Shown here: positions 51,746-64,000 of the stretch, piece after piece
How the letters are laid out: each line of letters begins with the position of its first letter
Position numbering within the stretch: position 1 is the stretch's first letter
Assembly: GCF_009914755.1 (NCBI RefSeq)
Contig: NC_060933.1
Origin: the human T2T-CHM13v2.0 reference genome, Homo sapiens
Reading direction: 5' to 3' (one strand)
DNA: 64,000 nucleotides
Translations under genes and position numbers: made by a program
The notes under the pieces: model-generated
Seen by the model: only the letters and a program-made list of their open reading frames with translations
What the model was told of the DNA's origin: nothing
Database searches by the model: none

Positions 51746-53739
51746 TCTACACTGCTTTCCATCCTGCAGAATATACTTTAGGAAATGATATCCTAAACTT
51801 TTAAGAGCAAGCAATTTATCTCTCAAACCAAATATTAATTAAATTGCCAGAGATAGAACAGTGAGATATAAGACCATTGCTCTCCATCTGTGTCTGTCCC
51901 TGATAGTATATTCCTGATAATAGAATATATTATTAAAGAACTGTATTTGCTTGACATAGTGTTTACACAGTATCAAAGAAACTCTAAATGTTTCTTTGTT
52001 TACACAGTATCAAAGCACTCTAAAATGCAGACTTTGTTATCATCATCATCTTCATCAAAATATTACCATTAACATAAGTAATAGAATAGAAATACACAGA
52101 AAGATATAGAAGAGTTCAGCCTTCGTGTATTTAAACATGTATTCACTCAACAAATACTCTTGTTTTAGTATCTATGGTGATCAGGTATGTTCTGCGTATA
52201 GTATTTTTGGTACTCATACCACAGATGGGTGTGTTATTATAGAAAAAATTTCAGAGGCATCAGCATTCGAAGGTTTAATAAGATGTGTATGTAACTTATT
52301 GTTGCGAGGACTGTGACTCCAGGCACAGTCACCTATTAATTAAAGCTGACTATTAGTATTACAAATTTCTGGCAGAGCACTTAGCAAGGGAAAGAGAATT
52401 CCCTGTTGTTAAATATTTACCATTTGGGTCCTGTACTCTCATTTCTTTCAGGGCACAAACAGTAGCTCCTTTGAAAACTGCTTGACAGCCAATTCACCAA
52501 TTCTGCTTCCCCTCGAAGAAAATAAAAGCCAAAAACACATGGTATATTCTAGAATTGTACTATTGAGACAATAAAAGTAGACTAGAAGAGGACCCTACTT
52601 GATCTCAGTGGGAAAGTGTTTTCCTCAGTATCTGTAGCATTATCAGTAGAAAGAATTGGGAAGCAGATGGCAGAGAAATAAAAGAAGGCAATATTATTTT
52701 TTAAAAATTAGAGCTCTGTTAAAAACTTCCCAGGGCTCTTAAATATATGAATCATGTATTTCACTCATCTAAAATGTTCTATCTATTCTGATACTGTTAT
52801 ATAACACAGAATAAATTAATAACATTTTTGGTATATTTCAAGACCCTCCTATTATTATCTCTTGCAGCTGCAGAGAGTTGGGTAGATAGAGAGAAGGGCA
52901 GAATGGAAAGACAGGGAAGAAGGGAGAAAGAAAATAAATTCAGTGAATTTTATTTCACTGAGTGTCAGGAGATTTTATAAATTATTGGGGAAAGATACTT
53001 AGACAAAATTTAAACTAAATGAATTATTAAATAAACAGATGCCAAGTGGAAATGCATAATTTATTGCTGCCACGCATAAGCTAGTTTAAGGATTCCAAGG
53101 CTTTTTCTTGTTTGCTCAACTAAAATATTTCCACATACGACCTTGTGTACAACCGAGGAAAAAGTGCAGTACAGTCATAGTCAATTAATCAATCACGTTT
53201 CAGTTTAGTTCAGCACATATTTATACAATGTATAAATTTTCTTATGTGTTTTGAAGGGTACAGAAGTAATTGAAGACACCGAGATTTAAAGAAGAAAAAT
53301 ACTTAAGCATCAACATTTGTTTCCAGACTCATCCTTCACCAAATATTTTAGCATGTTTGCCTTGCCCAGTTAAGAGTATTTTGGCCACATTTCCCAACTC
53401 TAAGTCCTGGAATGTTTCTGCCCACTTCTTAGCCCTGTAAACATTTCCTTCAATACATGATTCCAGGGTGTTTTCCCCAGCTGGTGAATAGATTCATTTA
53501 CTGCATTTCGTATATACACTTCATAAAAATGTATTATAAAACTTATCATGGAATGTGGTTGTTATTGGTTTAGGTAAAAGTGTCATCCAGTAAACTGTGA
53601 GTTCCTGGGCCTGAGAAAGATGTCTTATTCTGCTCAAGAAATAGAAAGTGTGTTAGTATTGAAATAGTAAACACTGTGAGAATTGAAAAGGAAATTATAA
53701 GGTTGTAAATATATGCAGAAAAACGTACAGAACAATGAT

Positions 53740-53935
53740 TCTTAAACTTTAGTATCTACCCCTCTATGCCTTGGTTTTCTTATCTCTAAAAAATGTATTA
53801 ATGATATAATTTATATAATTATAAGAATAAAATGAGTTAAAACAAGAAATTAAGTCAAAAAGTGGTCTGGAACTAGTTGAAGAGTTAAAACTTGAAAGAG
53901 AACAGTACTAACACATGGGAAGTGTTCAAAAAGTA
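53740..53935 (+). mobile_element. MIR fragment
   Basis: 'cctctatgccttggttttcttatctctaaaa'. Confidence 0.65.
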
Positions 53936-53951
53936 TAACAATAATATAATA

Positions 53952-53995
53952 GTGGTGATGGTGGTGATGATGATGATGGTGATAATGATGATGGT
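53952..53995. repeat. (GAT/GGT)n microsatellite
   Basis: Read directly. Confidence 0.9.
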
Positions 53996-54044
53996 ATCTG
54001 TAAATTCTTTAGGAAAGTGGTTAACAAATTATTTGAGTGGGTGA

Positions 54045-54195
54045 ATATTGACAGAATTTAGTTTAGTTTTAGCTTCTGTTCTGCCATGAGCTAGCTGTAT
54101 AACTTGGGTAAAATAGTACACTTCTAAATCTTAGGATTTCTATCTGTAAAATGAGAGGTTTGGAAAATGCTTTTGCTAAGGTTTCTTCCCAACTT
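54045..54195 (+). mobile_element. MIR (MIR3/MIRc-like)
   Basis: 'tagctgtataacttgggtaaa...atctgtaaaatgagaggtttgga...ctaaggtttcttcc'. Confidence 0.75.
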
Positions 54196-54262
54196 AATGT
54201 CTTTTTTTATTGTATAAGCATATTTCCTGCATTGAATGTAGCCCATTTATTTGTGATTTTAA

Positions 54263-54577
<315 letters not shown>

Positions 54578-55502
54578 TCATCACAGATTTTTAAGTTGTT
54601 ATTCTTTAGAGTGGGGCTAGGATAAATAATAGAGCTGTTACTTAATATGGAGGCCAATGGTGTAACAAAACAGGAGGGAGCAGTGAGAAGAATAGCTTAC
54701 CTAGTTGATAAGTTTTCCTCCCACCAGCAGGAAAAAAAATAATTATTTGCTAATAATAGCAAATGTTAGTACAACTGGCACTGCTAGGGCCTGAACTACT
54801 ACTTTGTTAAATAAAATGAGATTAGCAAACTGACCTCAAAATTTTCTTTCTGCAAGTTGTCAAATACCCCACTATAGGAGAAAATGTATTTTTCTGTTAA
54901 CCAAATTAGAGTAAGAGCAATTCCAGATGATTATTATGATCTCTACAAAATCAATAAATTGCTTTATTTCGTTTCCCACTTTTTCTTTGTCTCTATTCAT
55001 CCTTGTCTCTTTCGGAGGGGGGAGTTTAGAGGCTGATTTCAGCAGAATACATGCCTGCATTGTGAGAGCTACATATCTGGCCCACTACTGCTCCCTCTTC
55101 TGACCCAGTTTCCTCCCTTCCACAATAGTTGTGAACTACCAATTGCCCTCTGTTTCTTTTTTTTTTTAATTAAATTCCTATAGCTAATCCATTTTCAAGA
55201 CCTGACCATTCTTTTTTTTTTGATGTATCACAACATCTCCCCCAACCCCCCTCCTATTTTTCTACTGTAGCCGTTGGCTTTCAGTTCAGGTCACTAATAT
55301 ATCACTTACAGTTTTCTGCACTGGTCTTAGTTCAATTCAGTTTAGTAAGCATTCAGTGACTACCTACTGTAAACAAACCTGCATATTGGCCAAAATAAGC
55401 TAACTGACAAATAGCACAACATAAGCCCACTGTGGTTTCTACCTAGGGTTCCTCAATCATTACATTTTGTCTCTAAGGGGACCGTTAGAAATATTCCATT
55501 CA

Positions 55503-55640
55503 AGCACATTCAAATAGGGCTTTGTGAGGTGATGAAAATACTCTGCATGTGTGACTACTGAGCACTTGAAATGTGTCTAATACCACTGCTGCACTAAATT
55601 TTTAATTTAATTTTAATGTAAATAGCTATACTACTGGCAA
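55503..55640. mobile_element. MER3-like hAT-Charlie DNA transposon fragment
   Basis: 'gatgaaaatactct...actgagcacttgaaatgtg...ttttaatttaattttaat'. Confidence 0.7.
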
Positions 55641-55649
55641 ATCTAATAT

Positions 55650-55720
55650 GGATTTTATACCTGAGGAAACACACCTAAAAGGTTAAAGTTACTAGTCCAA
55701 GATCACATGGCTATAAAACT
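55650..55720 (-). mobile_element. MIR fragment
   Basis: 'ctgaggaaac...ggttaaagttactagtccaagatcacatggcta'. Confidence 0.7.
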
Positions 55721-55758
55721 TCTCAGTCATGGTACACTTTCTTTTTCTTTCTATACAC

Positions 55759-55763
<5 letters not shown>

Positions 55764-55823
<60 letters not shown>
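55764..55823. repeat. (GA)30 microsatellite
   Basis: Read directly. Confidence 0.97.
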
Positions 55824-55824
<1 letters not shown>

Positions 55825-55827
<3 letters not shown>

Positions 55828-56085
55828 GTGAGAGACTGATGTTGCAGCTTGAGTCTGAAGGCAGGCTGGAGGCAGAATGGGGACTTGTCTTTTTCTGTTA
55901 AGGTTTTTGACAGATTGGATGAGGGCCACTCACATTATGAAGGATAATCCACTTTACTTGAAGTTGATGATTTAAATGTTAATTTTATCTAAAAAATACC
56001 TTCAACAGGACATCTAGTCTAGTGTTTGATCAACTATTTGTGTACCATAGGTTAGCCAAGTTGATACATAATGTTAACCATCTCA
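55825..56085 (-). mobile_element. MLT2D-like ERVL LTR (partial)
   Basis: 'gagtctgaaggcaggctggaggcagaa...gccaagttgatacataatgttaaccatctca'. Confidence 0.85.
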
Positions 56086-58061
56086 TGCTCCAAAATTGAG
56101 GACTGTTTGGGGATATATTATCTAAATGCAATGAAGCCATCCATGCTGCTATGTCCTAGGATTTCAGTGATTTTCTTTGAGTGTGTGGCTTTATAAATAC
56201 GATATTGTAATATTTCACTTGAAATTTCTATTGCATAGCTAGAGAAAACATGACACCTCACGAAAGACACATTGTTATGAATATGGGTATTCAATGGGTA
56301 TTCACTTAGTCTGCAATGATTGTTTCTTTTCAAAAAGTTGCATTATCTGGCTTTTGTTTGCATGACCTAATATCACCCTCTAATTAAGTCAGAATGACAT
56401 ATTAAAAGAGATTGAAGTAAATAAATTATATTTGTGAATATGACTATAATAGGTGTATGATTTGCCCTCCCATCTTCCTCCTGCCCCTATAAGAAAACAA
56501 GACACAGGAAAGAGAACATCCCCACCTATGTTTCAGATCATCCCCATTCTTTTTCTAACTCCATCCCTCTTCATCACCAAAACAATTTTCAAACACAATA
56601 AACAGCATGTGTCTTAAGCAAAGCAAAGTAGAAACACGTTAGGATTTCTTGGAGTTTCCATTTTACAGTATTAATCTTTTTATGTAAACTTTTAGCATCT
56701 CTGTATTTACAGCACTACCAGGCAAAATATAAATGCATCTGGCTCTTCCTATGCATCGGAGTACCCTATGTCCAGTTTTCATATGTCAAGTATCAGCACC
56801 TGCACTAAATAAATAATAAAACGAATTCAGAGACTCAATATTTATGATAATCCAAACACGCTCAAATTATTTTGAACTCCTTAAAGCCAGTATAACAGCT
56901 TCTATTCAGATGCAAAAAATACCAAAAAATGAAGGGAGGTTTTTTACTGTCAAAAATAATTATTCTTTTTAATAATATGTTTTGAGCAATGACTACATTA
57001 GGAATCACCATACAAAACACTCAAAAAGTGAGAATATAAAGTTTCAGTCTATGCCATCATGGAGATTTTAGTCAAGAAAACCACCTTTAACAAGGAAAAT
57101 AAGGACAGTTGAGGAGGATCTTCAATGTCCTAGAAGTGGAACTAATCTTGCATGGAACTAATTCTTTTCACCATGAGCACTTGTGGCTCAGAGAATAAAG
57201 GTAAGAAAATCTAGTCAGGTTTCATAACTGCTTTATTCCAAGCTAGATGCTTGGCTCAGATCACCCCCATTGTGTTTGAACATTTGGCCTCCCCAATAAA
57301 ATACACATACCACGAATCTTCCTCCTGTAGAATTAAATTGTCAGCATGTCACAAGACTTTTTTTTCTTCTGCAGCAGGAACCCTTCTGGTTGAAATAGCA
57401 TATTTCCTGTACAGCAGGGTTTGCATGATATCATTACTTCGCATGCAGTCTGCATGCCTTCCACTGGATGTTTAGTGTCTGTGAATGTTCTCCTTCCAGA
57501 GACTTGCCTATATTTGTCTTCATTCTGCTTGCCTGGGTTTTAGCCTACTCTTACCCTAGTGTTTGATATTTTGGACATGGTGGCCTACATCTGTCAGCTT
57601 TGCTTCAGCTCACTGCCCCTTTCAAAACTATGACAACTTCTTAATGGTCTTCCTGACAACCTACGAAATCTAGACTAACAAATCTGGCCCTATCTACCTG
57701 TTGTCCTGCACTGTTGCTTGCGAGGCTCTTCTGATACATTACAGTACTGACCCAGTGGGTCTGGTTTGCTAATAACTTACTGTAAAACTACAGTTAAATT
57801 GTTTTTCTCTCACCTAGACATTTTTATAGGTTATTATTAAAATGCATAGATAAGCTGCTGGAGTATAAGAAAAAAAGGAATCAAAGATGTATAATTCTAG
57901 ATTTATATATAATAGGAGAGAAAAAAGAAATACATCGTTTTATTATCTTGGATATATTCTATGTGCCACTTAGTGATTGAGCAAAAGATAACATGATTCC
58001 TGACTCTTAGCAACTCATGACTTACAGGGGATGGTATGACTTACATACAAATTTGGAAATA

Positions 58062-58175
58062 TTATTATTTTTATAGAATATATTTATAGAATTTTTTTGG
58101 ATTATTTTTATAGAATACCAAAGTTATTTTTGTAGAATATTGAATTTTTATTTTTATAGAATATTGAAGTTAATT
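58062..58175. repeat. Degenerate AT-rich minisatellite (core tttatagaata)
   Basis: Five t(a/g)tagaat cores at 12-24 bp spacing. Confidence 0.75.
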
Positions 58176-58389
58176 TATCATAACTACCTTTACTGTGGGA
58201 ACTCAGACTTTATTTGGTAAAATCCCGCTATTCTGATCTTTTGAAAGCTATCAATTAAAGTAAGTAATAATTATTTTATTTTTATTTCATGTATATAATA
58301 AATTCTATGGGATAGAGAGAACATGCTATATTTTCTTTTCCTAGAATATTATAAATTTTTGCCTTCAGTAACAAGGGTAAGGGAGCTAA

Positions 58390-58615
58390 CAATAAGAACT
58401 TACTAAGAATGAGTTATTCTACTATGCTCTTTACACATATTAGCACATTTAATCCTAATAGGAATCTGATAATCATGTTTTAATAAATTTTACATAGTGG
58501 TGAAAATGTGACTCAATAGAACTGAACAAATTTCTAAAAATAAAATAGCTAGTAGATGGAACACAGTCAAAATTTGAAGGCATGTCTATTTGACTTCCAA
58601 ATCCATACTCCATAA
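58390..58615 (-). mobile_element. MIR SINE
   Basis: 'tttacacatattagcacatttaatcct...tgacttccaaatccat'. Confidence 0.7.
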
Positions 58616-60041
58616 ATTGCACCCTGAGAAAAACATCTTTCTAGAACCAAACAATAGGAACTTAAAATCCCAGGTAATTCCTACAGTTGTCCTCCACAAA
58701 TGTAATAAAATTTTATCAAGTGTTTTTTCATAGTACTCTATTTTACTTACTGCAGTATCCCCACATGGGGATATGCTGGTTTTTACATTTCCTTCATTTT
58801 CTGTAAATGTTCCAGTGAGTAGACATAAGAAGCAAGTCTGCTTAGGCTGTTACTGTGTCCCTACTGATTAATCCCTAGAACTCACTGCCCCTAGAACACA
58901 GATACTTAATATACATTTATTGAATGAATAAAAATGACTGTAAAGGGGGATAAATCTTTTTAAATAACTCATATGCCTTGGTTTAATAGAAATCTAATAA
59001 TTATCATTTAATCATTTGAATTATAGATAATTCTATTCTCATATATTGATTCTATTTCTTTTCTATAAATGAGTAATATACTTAAAAACAGATTAATTCA
59101 GTGATGTCTGGTTTTATTATTCTGAATTTTATATTTTAGCATGTTTACCATAAGATATGACTGGGAGAATTTAGTTTTACTCCCTGGGTTTAATATCTGG
59201 TTTCAGTAATATTATAGTAGAAAAAATTCTGTTGTGTACTACTATTAAGTGTTGTTGAGCACTAGGAGATCTCTATTTTACTGTGTCTTTGATATTAACA
59301 TCCGTATTTCTTGATGGTACTGAGCTTAGTAGTTAACATTTCTCCAACCTTAATAATTGTGTATGGCATATTGACAGGGAACCAAAAAGCTTGCATGAAT
59401 TTGAACTGTCATCTTTTTTTCTTACTAATTTCCAAGTTGGGACATAATTTTTTATTTCATTATCACTCTGTGTGTTTCTTTCTTTATATACTGTACTTTG
59501 TTTCTCCATTTTACTTCCTTTAATAGTCTAACAGTTGGATAGAAAAGAATGTCACTTTTATTTATTCTCTTTTTTCTTTTTCACTGAAGGCAAGGAAATT
59601 AGCTCCTTGATGGAAGGCACACTAGTAGAACACATCAGCATTATAGAACCCTTGAACCTTAAAGACATCTTATCTCAGCATATTATTATTACAAAACTTA
59701 AAGGAGCCATCGCAATCTTCCATTTGTTTAAGTTTCCTCTTCAACTACCATGGTCACACAAAATGATGGTAATAAGAATGCGATTGTTGAAAACCAAACC
59801 AAACCTCATCAACATTGTTATCAGCCTCACTGAGAAACAAGGATCAAATTTACATCTACCTGTGTCTCCTTGGATAGTCTAACAATTTTACTTTGCCATT
59901 TGCTATCAAAGAAGCTGTAGGATATTGAATATAGAAAATACAAGTCTGCAATGCTTGAGTGAAATTTCAATCACTGCAGACGTAAAAGTTTTGCAATATC
60001 GTTTTGTAAGAATGAAAATAAATATAGATATATATGTACAT

Positions 60042-60418
<377 letters not shown>

Positions 60419-62472
60419 TAAGTAGTTGGCTCACTCTGTTTAAAAAATAGCACAATAGATGACATCTAGAATATAACTTTAAAAAAACTACCATTTGATA
60501 GCACCTAGAAAATCTCACACTTCTTGCAGATCAAAAAAAAATTATGTTTCTATCATATTTAAAATATTTTTTCAAACCTCAATTAATAAATATCTTTGGT
60601 ATGAGTCATATATTATAGTTTACTGAGGTCAGAAACAAAAACTATTTTAATGGAATTCTGAAATTAACCACAAAACAGTTTTGTTATAATTGAGTGTAGG
60701 GCTCCCACATCTCTGTGGGATAAAAGTGGCTATCTATATTTTAATCCCTTTACATCCTCAAAAAGTACTACAAAATCACAATGAGAGAAAAAATTCAGCA
60801 AACACCCATTCCTAGCCAAGTCTAGGAGGCATTATGACTGCATGAATACCTTAAGCCAACAGAGCTGGATCCAGAGCCCACACTAGCAGAGAGAACTGGG
60901 GAATTTTGCACTGGAAGTAGTGTACAGCAGAGTCAAGGTACTGGCCCATCAAAGGCAACACCGTATAGGTATCATACCTGGAAGGAATAAAGTCTACTTT
61001 GAGTGGGAAAATACTGAAAAGAGCCCTGAGACTTGGTGGTTTAGTCCACTGTCACTAGGGCTAAAAGTAAGGAGCTTAGTGGCAGTCTTAGAAAGGCAGT
61101 ATCCTGAGGGCAGATGGAGGCAACTTTGAAAACGTAGGTGTTCCCTACAGGCTTATTGGCAAAGCGAAACAAATATGTGACTAAAGACATAAAGACGCTG
61201 AAAAAGGTTAGTATCAAAAATTAGAAAAAAGCAAGAAGTACACATTTATTTTTAAAGCATATTTTGTTGTGGCTCAGAAGAGGGTGCTAAGCACCAAAAG
61301 GACCATCCAAAATCCTTATGCCACCCTCACTGAATTATCAATTATCATCTGTCTAAAAAAATACAAGTACATATAAATAAAAAGGAATCCAGTATCTATA
61401 GAAGTTCATTAAGAAGAAAACAGAAAATAGAGTAAAACATTTTCAGAAGATTAAAACACTAAAAAGTAGTGATGAAACAGGCAGGTATTATTATAATATA
61501 TTCCAAGAAGAATTAAACATGAAGCAAGCAATTGTAAACATGAGGGACCATCACAAACTTAGAACTTAAAAACTCAGAATAATACTGGATAAACACTACA
61601 TGGATATGAAATCAGAGCAGACCAAACTCAAAAAAGAAACTACAGAATAATAACATAATTTCAGAAAGAAGAAATAAACTACAAGGTCCAAAAGAGACTA
61701 GATATGTCCAAAACTACAATAAGAAATATATGACTAAAAGTACATTAAGCAATCAGAAAGAAATGGATAAAAAAGACAAGAAGATCTATTTGATAAGTGG
61801 AGTCCCTAAAGAAGAAAAACTAAACAACTGGGATGTTTGATATAAAAACCACAACTTAAGAAAACTTTACTGAATAAACTGGAACCTCATATTAAATGCT
61901 GCCATCAATTATGTGGGAAAAATCAATCCATTACCATCAAATATTAGACATATCTTAGTAAACTATTATAATTTTTAAAAACCCTTTGAGCCACAGTCAA
62001 ATATGAAGTAATTAACAAGCAAAAAAAAAAAAATGTTTACATCTAACTTTTCAACAGCAACATACCAGTGCAGGAAACAGCAGAAGAATATTATGAAATG
62101 CAAAGAAAGAAAGAGGGAAAGAATTAATATACAGCTGAACTGTGTATCAAGTGTATAAAAGCACAGTTTTAATATGAAAATTTCAAGAAACGTTTTACTC
62201 AGGAGCTTTTCCTGTAAGATATACTAGAGAGAAAGCTTCATTCAACCAAGACAGAGAAACGGCAGCAAAACTGCTGGTGGTGAATGCAATGATTATTTAA
62301 TAATAAATATAATTTTAACATAAAGGTGAGAATAAATGTATAAGAATACTATGTAAATGATAATATGGACATTTTTTAATGGAAGAAGAAAAAAAAGAAA
62401 ATGAAAAATTGGTTAAGCTCCTTGATGGCCAGATAGGTGCTAGTCAAGGGATATCACTTAAAAATGTAAAAC

Positions 62473-63003
62473 TGTTACCATTTTACTATATAATACTGTA
62501 TTTTATAAAACCACCCAAACCTCAGAGGCTTAAAGCAAGAATCATATTCTCGTGGACTGGGCTAAATCCTATGAGGCAATGCTACTAATCTAAGATTGTC
62601 TCATTCTCATATCTGGGTGTTGGCTAGGGAAGGCTAAATAAGGTGAGGCTCAGCTGAGGCAGTTTGGCTTTGCTACACAAGTCTCCCATCCTCAACTTGG
62701 GACTTTTTGGCTCAGGCAGTGTCATGACAAGCCAGGCCTGTTTGTCTTATGGCAGTGGGAGAAGTACAGTAGAGCCCATGGAAACACACACAAAGTCTCT
62801 GAACTCTGGCTTAAAAATGCCATACTAATGTTTCAATCTCATTCTATTGCTCAAATAGGGTCATATTGTCAAACTAAACGTCACAAGGCATGGAAAAATG
62901 CAAATATGCCTAAACATAGTGTGAAATTACTACAAAATTACATGGCAAAAAATTTGAATACAGGAACAGTTGGATAATCAGAACTAATAACAAACTACCT
63001 ACA
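62473..63003 (-). mobile_element. MLT1H/G-like MaLR LTR
   Basis: 'aaaccacccaaacctcagaggcttaaagcaa...cattctattgctcaaa'. Confidence 0.7.
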
Positions 63004-63199
63004 AAGAGAAAAAAGGCTAAGGAGAGGAAAAAGAGACTATGTTCTATGAAAGTTACCACTAGAACAAAACCACAATATTTATGAATACCAAAATATATAT
63101 AAAATAAAAATGTAAAAAGCAAAAGAAAAGAGGTCACATAGTGAAACGTAGTGAATATAATATATTTAGTAATTTTAACTTAAAATAACATGAGCTGAT

Positions 63200-63331
63200 G
63201 CCAGGTAAGGTTGTGTGCACCTGTAGTCCCAGCTACTCAGAAGGCTTAGGCGAGAGAATTGCTTGAGCCCAAGAGTTCAAGACCAGCTTAGGCAACATAG
63301 TGAGACCCTGTGCCAAAACAATAATAATAAT
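63200..63331 (+). mobile_element. FLAM (Alu monomer)
   Basis: Single arm 'ctgtagtcccagctactcag...gcttgagcccaagagttcaagaccagc...tgagaccctg' plus A-rich tail. Confidence 0.88.
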
Positions 63332-64000
63332 ATGTACTGAGCCCAAATATATCAGTCACATTAACAAATATAAATAGGCTTAGATGACCTATTAAAATAT
63401 TTTCAAATTGGCTTATCAGTAAAATCCCCAAAACCTCTATGTTGCATATAAGCAACAAAACTAAGGAAAAAGGTACAAAAAGCAAAATTAAAAAGAAGAG
63501 CAAAGGAATATGGGGAAAAATTCAAGAAAATTATGCAGAAGTTGCAATGTTGCTACCTGACAATGTTAACAATCAGGCAAGATGCTTTACGCAAGACAAA
63601 AGAACAATGCTCCATAACACTACATCTACAATTTACAAGAAAGACAGTGCAACCATGAATAGCTATGTACCAATCAATACAGCAGCAAACTTCATAAGGA
63701 AAACACTGATGGTTACACAAAAAAGAAAAATTGTAGAAACTTACTAATAATAGGAGACTTTGGCACAGAATCCCGTTCTGGACAGATCGATTAGACAAAA
63801 AAATATAGCATATGCAAAACACAAACAGTTTAATCAATGAAGTGTAATATACAAGTACATATCAAATTTTGCAATCTAGAACATATTCTAAAAATAAAAA
63901 GCATACAAAGAAATTGTAAGCTTCTCTTGATGTCCACAAGCTAAGCAAAAACAACTCCAGTGAAACAAGCCTAGATTTGTTTTTTGGTATAGCACAGGAG

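Larger units (their letters stand above)
60700..64000 (+). mobile_element. Very old L1ME-type 5'UTR, ORF1 and start of ORF2 (interrupted by MLT1 and FLAM)
   Basis: ORF1-like 'ggagtccctaaagaagaaaa...gacatatcttagtaaa'; endonuclease-like 'aatataaataggcttagatgacctattaaaa...ataataggagacttt'. Confidence 0.65.

Noticed and set aside
58062-58175. CRISPR-like repeat-spacer array
   Set aside because: Units are short, degenerate and irregular; primate DNA with no cas genes.

Overview
AT-rich, repeat-dominated primate genomic DNA. Alu, THE1 and an L1PA3/4-like insert point to human or another hominoid. I find no supportable protein-coding gene, RNA gene, CpG island or prokaryotic-type system. The supplied ORFs are either decayed L1 ORF1/ORF2 pieces or chance frames in Alu, LTR and AT-rich DNA. 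Over half the window is layered transposon debris: MIR, L2, old L1M, MaLR/ERVL/ERV1 LTRs, a complete THE1 provirus, two long L1MA1/L1M1-type elements and 7 Alu/FLAM copies. Many retain readable target-site duplications (TSDs). The best observations are structural: (1) an 87-bp inverted copy of 42127-42213 pasted at 43409-43495 (82/87 identical), plus three smaller duplications with fold-back spacers; (2) a probable ancient L1 3' transduction; (3) a TSD-flanked L1 consisting only of its 5' end; (4) a THE1 with a perfect TSD but discordant LTRs; (5) a near-consensus CTCF site, a GRE/STAT composite and a candidate recursive splice site in unique DNA. Repeat subfamily names come from recalled consensus sequences, and old-repeat boundaries are approximate. 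All need RepeatMasker/Dfam confirmation. I cannot identify the locus and do not claim a novel biological system.
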